A stretch of 59,105 nucleotides of DNA from an uncultured bacterium (GTDB lineage: Bacteria; Methylomirabilota; Methylomirabilia; Methylomirabilales; JACQHM01). The notes under the pieces were generated by a model that worked only from the letters and a program-made list of their open reading frames with translations, had not been told where the DNA came from and did no database searches. Positions 55,940 to 59,105 of this stretch are shown here, piece by piece. Made by a program: the position numbers and the translations under genes. The stretch is taken from the NCBI GenBank assembly GCA_964535215.1, contig CAZHST010000014.1, forward strand, positions 13,297 to 72,401, given 5' to 3'. Position 1 is the first letter of the stretch. Each line of letters begins with the position of its first letter.

Positions 55940-57550
55940 ATGGCCCTCAGGATCTACAACACGCTGACAAGGAAAAAGGAACTCTTTGAGCCCCTGGTGC
56001 CGGGCAAGGTCGGGATGTACGCCTGCGGGGTGACGGTGTACGACATCTGTCACATCGGCCACGCCCGACAGGCCTTGATCTTCGATGTGATCCGTCGCTA
56101 CCTGGAGTACAAGGGGTACCAGGTGACCTATGTCCGGAACTTCACCGATATTGATGACAAGATCCTCGTCCGGGCGAGGGAGCTGGGGATTTCCTGGGAT
56201 CAGGTAGCGAAGAGAAATATTGAGGCTTACTATCAGGATATGGATCGTCTGGAGATCCGGAGGGCGACGATCGAACCGAGGGCGACGGAGCATATCCCGG
56301 AGATGATCTGGATCATTGAGGGCCTCCTTCAGAAAGGCTACGCGTATCAGGTAAACGGCGACATCTACTTTGAGGTGAAACGGTTCCCCGACTACGGCAA
56401 GCTCTCCCATCGGGACCCTGATGAGATGTTAGCCGGGGCCCGGGTCGAGGTGGACCCTCGGAAGCGGGATCCCCTGGATTTTGCCCTCTGGAAGGCTTCG
56501 AAGAAGGGTGAACCCGCCTGGGAAAGCCCCTGGGGTCCTGGCCGGCCCGGCTGGCACATCGAGTGCTCGGCGATGTCCATGAAGTACCTTGGTGAGAGTT
56601 TCGACATCCATGGTGGTGGAGAAGACCTCATCTTCCCTCACCATGAGAACGAGATTGCCCAATCGGAGGCCTTGACCGGGAAACCTTTCGCCCGTTACTG
56701 GATCCATAATGGCTTTGTCAAGATCCGCCAGGAGAAGATGTCCAAGTCCCTCGGCAACGTCTTCACGATCCGAGAGCTTCTGGACCGCTACAGCCCCGGG
56801 GCCCTCAAGCTCTTCCTCCTCTCGACCCACTACCGGAGCCCCGTGGATTTTACCGAAGAGAAACTGGAGGAGGCGGAGAAGGCCGCCGAGAGGATCCAGA
56901 CGCTCCTCAGGAGGATTGCTGATCTGGAAGCCGTTGCCAAGGTTTGGCCTTCCCCATCGCCGATGGGAGAAGTGGAGGGGTTTCGTCGCTTGTTCGAGGC
57001 CAAGCAAACGGCTTTCGAAGAGGCGATGGATGACGATTTTAATACAGCTCAGGCTCTTGGGGTTCTCTTCGAGGTCGTCGAAGTTCTGAACCGGCTCTGT
57101 GATAGGCTGATCTCCCGGGGTATCGGGGTTGCCTCTGAAGACCTTTCCTTGCTCCGCCAGGGTAAAGCCCTGGTGCATAGAGTCGGAGACGTTTTTGGCT
57201 TATCGTTTAAAGCCAGCCCCAACGAATCGTTCTACAGTTCCATTTCCGGCATCGCCGAGGTTGATCAGGCCCTAGAATCGTCCAAGCGGGCGATTTTGAC
57301 CAAGCGATTTGAGGAGGCCGTGGAGATCATCGGGGGTCTCCTCAAGCGAAGGGAACAGGTGCGGGCCGCCGGGTTGTATGAGGAGGCTGATCGGATCCGG
57401 AGGGAACTTGAAGCTATGGGTATCAAGGTTGATGACACAAGGTTCTTCACGGCGGTCACCACCCCTTTTCCCAGTGGTCCTCAAGGTTCCCTGTACGTGA
57501 CCTTGATCAAAGATGAGAACTTTTCGCCCTCGTCGGCAAAGGATGGATGA
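55940..57550 (+). CDS. cysS: cysteinyl-tRNA synthetase
   Basis: [15 protein letters not shown] (HIGH), KMSKSLGN, zinc-binding cysteines. Confidence 0.9.
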   Translation: MALRIYNTLTRKKELFEPLVPGKVGMYACGVTVYDICHIGHARQALIFDVIRRYLEYKGYQVTYVRNFTDIDDKILVRARELGISWDQVAKRNIEAYYQDMDRLEIRRATIEPRATEHIPEMIWIIEGLLQKGYAYQVNGDIYFEVKRFPDYGKLSHRDPDEMLAGARVEVDPRKRDPLDFALWKASKKGEPAWESPWGPGRPGWHIECSAMSMKYLGESFDIHGGGEDLIFPHHENEIAQSEALTGKPFARYWIHNGFVKIRQEKMSKSLGNVFTIRELLDRYSPGALKLFLLSTHYRSPVDFTEEKLEEAEKAAERIQTLLRRIADLEAVAKVWPSPSPMGEVEGFRRLFEAKQTAFEEAMDDDFNTAQALGVLFEVVEVLNRLCDRLISRGIGVASEDLSLLRQGKALVHRVGDVFGLSFKASPNESFYSSISGIAEVDQALESSKRAILTKRFEEAVEIIGGLLKRREQVRAAGLYEEADRIRRELEAMGIKVDDTRFFTAVTTPFPSGPQGSLYVTLIKDENFSPSSAKDG

Positions 57551-58283
57551 GGTTTTGATCGGCTTCAATGCCGTTTTGGAGGCTCTCAAGGCTGGCCGGA
57601 GGGATGTGGATCACCTTTATCTCAGCGAGGATCGCCATGATGGACGGATCCGTGAACTGCTCTCCCTCGCCAGGGCAAAGGGGGTTCCGTTCACGCGGGA
57701 GCCTAAAGCTCGTTTGACGATACGGGCTGGAACCCCCAACCATCAGGGGGTGGTTGCCCTCGTTGCTGGAGCGAAATATCTCGAGGTTGAAGAACTCCTC
57801 GATCTGGCGAAAAGGAAAGGTGAATCCCCCTTTTTCCTGGTCCTCGATGGTGTGGAGGATCCCAGGAATTTCGGCTCCATTCTGAGGACGGCCGAGGCGG
57901 CTGGGGTTGAGGGGGTTATTGTCCCGAAGCATCGGGCTGTTGGGCTGAATCAGACGGTGGCGAAGGTAGCCTGTGGGGCCTTAGAATATATAGGGGTGGC
58001 CCGTGTGGCTAACATCCCCTCTTGCCTCGAACGCTTGAAAGCGGAGGGATTTTGGATCATTGGGGCGGATCCAAGGTCTCCTCGGGTTCTCTACGAAGCT
58101 GACTTCCGGGGGCCGCTCGCTTTGGTAGTTGGAGGAGAAGACGTAGGCTTAAGGCCGATGGTCAAGGCCCGGTGCGATCTCCTTGTCTCCATTCCCATGA
58201 AGGGGCAGATCTCCTCCCTGAACACGGCTGTTGCTACCGCGATCCTGGTATTTGAGGCAATTCGGCAAAGGGGCTACTGGTAG
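57543..58283 (+). CDS. rlmB: 23S rRNA 2'-O-methyltransferase (SpoU/TrmH family, RlmB-like)
   Basis: SPOUT motifs: LVLDGVEDPRNFGSILRTAEA, SLNTAVATAI. The ATG overlaps the cysS stop. Confidence 0.8.
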   Translation: MDEVLIGFNAVLEALKAGRRDVDHLYLSEDRHDGRIRELLSLARAKGVPFTREPKARLTIRAGTPNHQGVVALVAGAKYLEVEELLDLAKRKGESPFFLVLDGVEDPRNFGSILRTAEAAGVEGVIVPKHRAVGLNQTVAKVACGALEYIGVARVANIPSCLERLKAEGFWIIGADPRSPRVLYEADFRGPLALVVGGEDVGLRPMVKARCDLLVSIPMKGQISSLNTAVATAILVFEAIRQRGYW

Positions 58284-58369
58284 CTTTAAAAATTCACGAT
58301 TTTTTTAAAAATTTTTGAAAAAATTGTAAATTTTGGAAAATTTTTTGAAAATTCACCAATTTTTGGTAT

Positions 58370-58398
58370 TTGCTAAAAGGAATATGATAAGGTAATGT
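58370..58398 (+). promoter_or_regulatory. predicted tRNA-operon promoter with upstream AT-rich UP-like element
   Basis: TTGCTA – 17 nt – TAATGT, ending about 12 nt before tRNA-Thr. Preceded by a roughly 90-nt AT-rich tract (58290-58365), unusual in this GC-rich sequence. Confidence 0.4.
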
Positions 58399-58410
58399 AT
58401 AAGTTTACGT

Positions 58411-58482
58411 GCTGGCGTAGCTCAGCGGTAGAGCGGCTGATTTGTAATCAGCGGGTCGGGGGTTCAAATCCCTCCGCCAGCT
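58411..58482 (+). tRNA. tRNA-Thr (anticodon TGT)
   Basis: GCTGGCG acceptor pairs with CGCCAGC. Anticodon arm GCTGA-TTTGTAA-TCAGC. T-arm GGGGG-TTCAAAT-CCCTC. Confidence 0.8.
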
Positions 58483-58547
58483 TACCGCTCATCCGGTGTA
58501 GGGTTCCCGCGGTTGGCTCGGGGCATAAGGGTGGGAACCCAAAGAGA

Positions 58548-58633
58548 GGGGAGATACCCAAGTGGCCAAAGGGGGCAGACTGTAAATCTGCTGGCGGATG
58601 CCTTCGGGGGTTCAAATCCTCCTCTCCCCACCA
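58548..58633 (+). tRNA. tRNA-Tyr (anticodon GTA)
   Basis: GGGGAGA acceptor, anticodon arm GCAGA-CTGTAAA-TCTGC, long variable arm, encoded CCA. Confidence 0.85.
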
Positions 58634-58747
58634 AATATTGGGAAACGGCATTCAGGTCGAGGACAGAAAAGCCTGGCAACCTCATCGATCTATCCCACGT
58701 TATCTCCTCTGGATGATACGTCTCTTGCACACCGGAGCACTCCTGGG

Positions 58748-58823
58748 GCGGGAATAGCTCAGTGGGTAGAGCGTCAGCCTTCCAAGCTGAGGGTCGCGGG
58801 TTCGAATCCCGTTTCCCGCTCCA
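58748..58823 (+). tRNA. tRNA-Gly (anticodon TCC)
   Basis: GCGGGAA acceptor, anticodon arm TCAGC-CTTCCAA-GCTGA, encoded CCA. Confidence 0.85.
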
Positions 58824-58928
58824 TCAGGAAAGCTGCCCCAGGCATTCGTTGGGTTTCCGAAAACCATTGTCCTGGGCTGAAGGCTGATGGTGGATAGCTA
58901 AGCGCTTAATGATAAAGAGCCCACGTGG

Positions 58929-59001
58929 CGCAGTCGGTAGCGCACCTCATTGGTAATGAGGAGGTCACCGGTTCAATCCCGGTCGTGGGCTCCCCTTCCG
59001 A
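58929..59001 (+). tRNA. tRNA-Thr (anticodon GGT)
   Basis: GCCCACG acceptor, anticodon arm CCTCA-TTGGTAA-TGAGG. Confidence 0.85.
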
Positions 59002-59051
59002 GGTGAAGCCTCAGAGGAGACCTACTCCCTACGACCTAGAGGAGGACATCC

Positions 59052-59105
59052 ATGGCGAAGCCGAAGTTTGAGCGGACGAAGGAGCACATGAACGTGGGGA
59101 CGATT
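59052..59105 (+). CDS. tuf: elongation factor Tu (5' fragment, runs off window)
   Basis: MAKPKFERTKEHMNVGTI after AGAGGAGGA. The conserved tRNA-Thr-Tyr-Gly-Thr–tuf arrangement supports the call. Confidence 0.8.
   Translation, partial: MAKPKFERTKEHMNVGTI

Noticed and set aside
58487-58547. GGGTTCCC...GGGAACCC hairpin between tRNA-Thr and tRNA-Tyr as a terminator or extra small RNA
   Set aside because: It sits inside a polycistronic tRNA spacer that must be read through to reach tuf. It is more likely an RNase processing structure and has no U-tract.

Overview
This is a GC-rich (about 62% GC) bacterial chromosomal segment, tightly packed with operons and frequent 4-nt start/stop overlaps. Ordinary housekeeping genes frame the window: lolB-like–ispE–tRNA-Gln–prs–rplY(ctc)–pth; rpsF–ssb–rpsR–rplI–dnaB; radA, carD, a PIN/TRAM protein, ispD–ispF–gltX–cysS–rlmB; and the conserved tRNA-Thr/Tyr/Gly/Thr–tuf array at the 3' edge. 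The 5' end carries a CHASE2 sensor–class III nucleotide cyclase with a C-terminal PilZ domain, a Na/Pi cotransporter, a PEP-synthase regulatory protein, an SPFH protein, an enoyl-CoA hydratase, a BpsA-like protein, a LysM-M23 peptidase and leuB. Between leuB and engB sits a decayed IS607-family element. Its tnpA serine recombinase is frameshifted. Its tnpB is frameshifted, has lost the zinc finger, and appears to lack the catalytic RuvC-III aspartate. The centre (about 21.7–50 kb) is the notable part. A large hopanoid biosynthesis and export locus (squalene synthase family, hpnG, shc, FPP synthase, hpnA, hpnH, two HpnL-like membrane proteins, hpnN RND, TolC-like, hpnM/MlaC-like) is interleaved with a phosphonate-type module. 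That module comprises a PEP mutase–nucleotidyltransferase fusion, a split TPP-dependent (phosphono/sulfo)pyruvate decarboxylase, a nucleotidyltransferase–CDP-alcohol phosphatidyltransferase fusion and a standalone LicC-like nucleotidyltransferase. A GT4 glycosyltransferase / radical SAM / PIG-L deacetylase trio lies adjacent. This combination suggests an undescribed pathway that attaches a phosphonate (AEP-like) or other CDP-activated head group to hopanoids or membrane lipids. No rRNA and no CRISPR array were detected.
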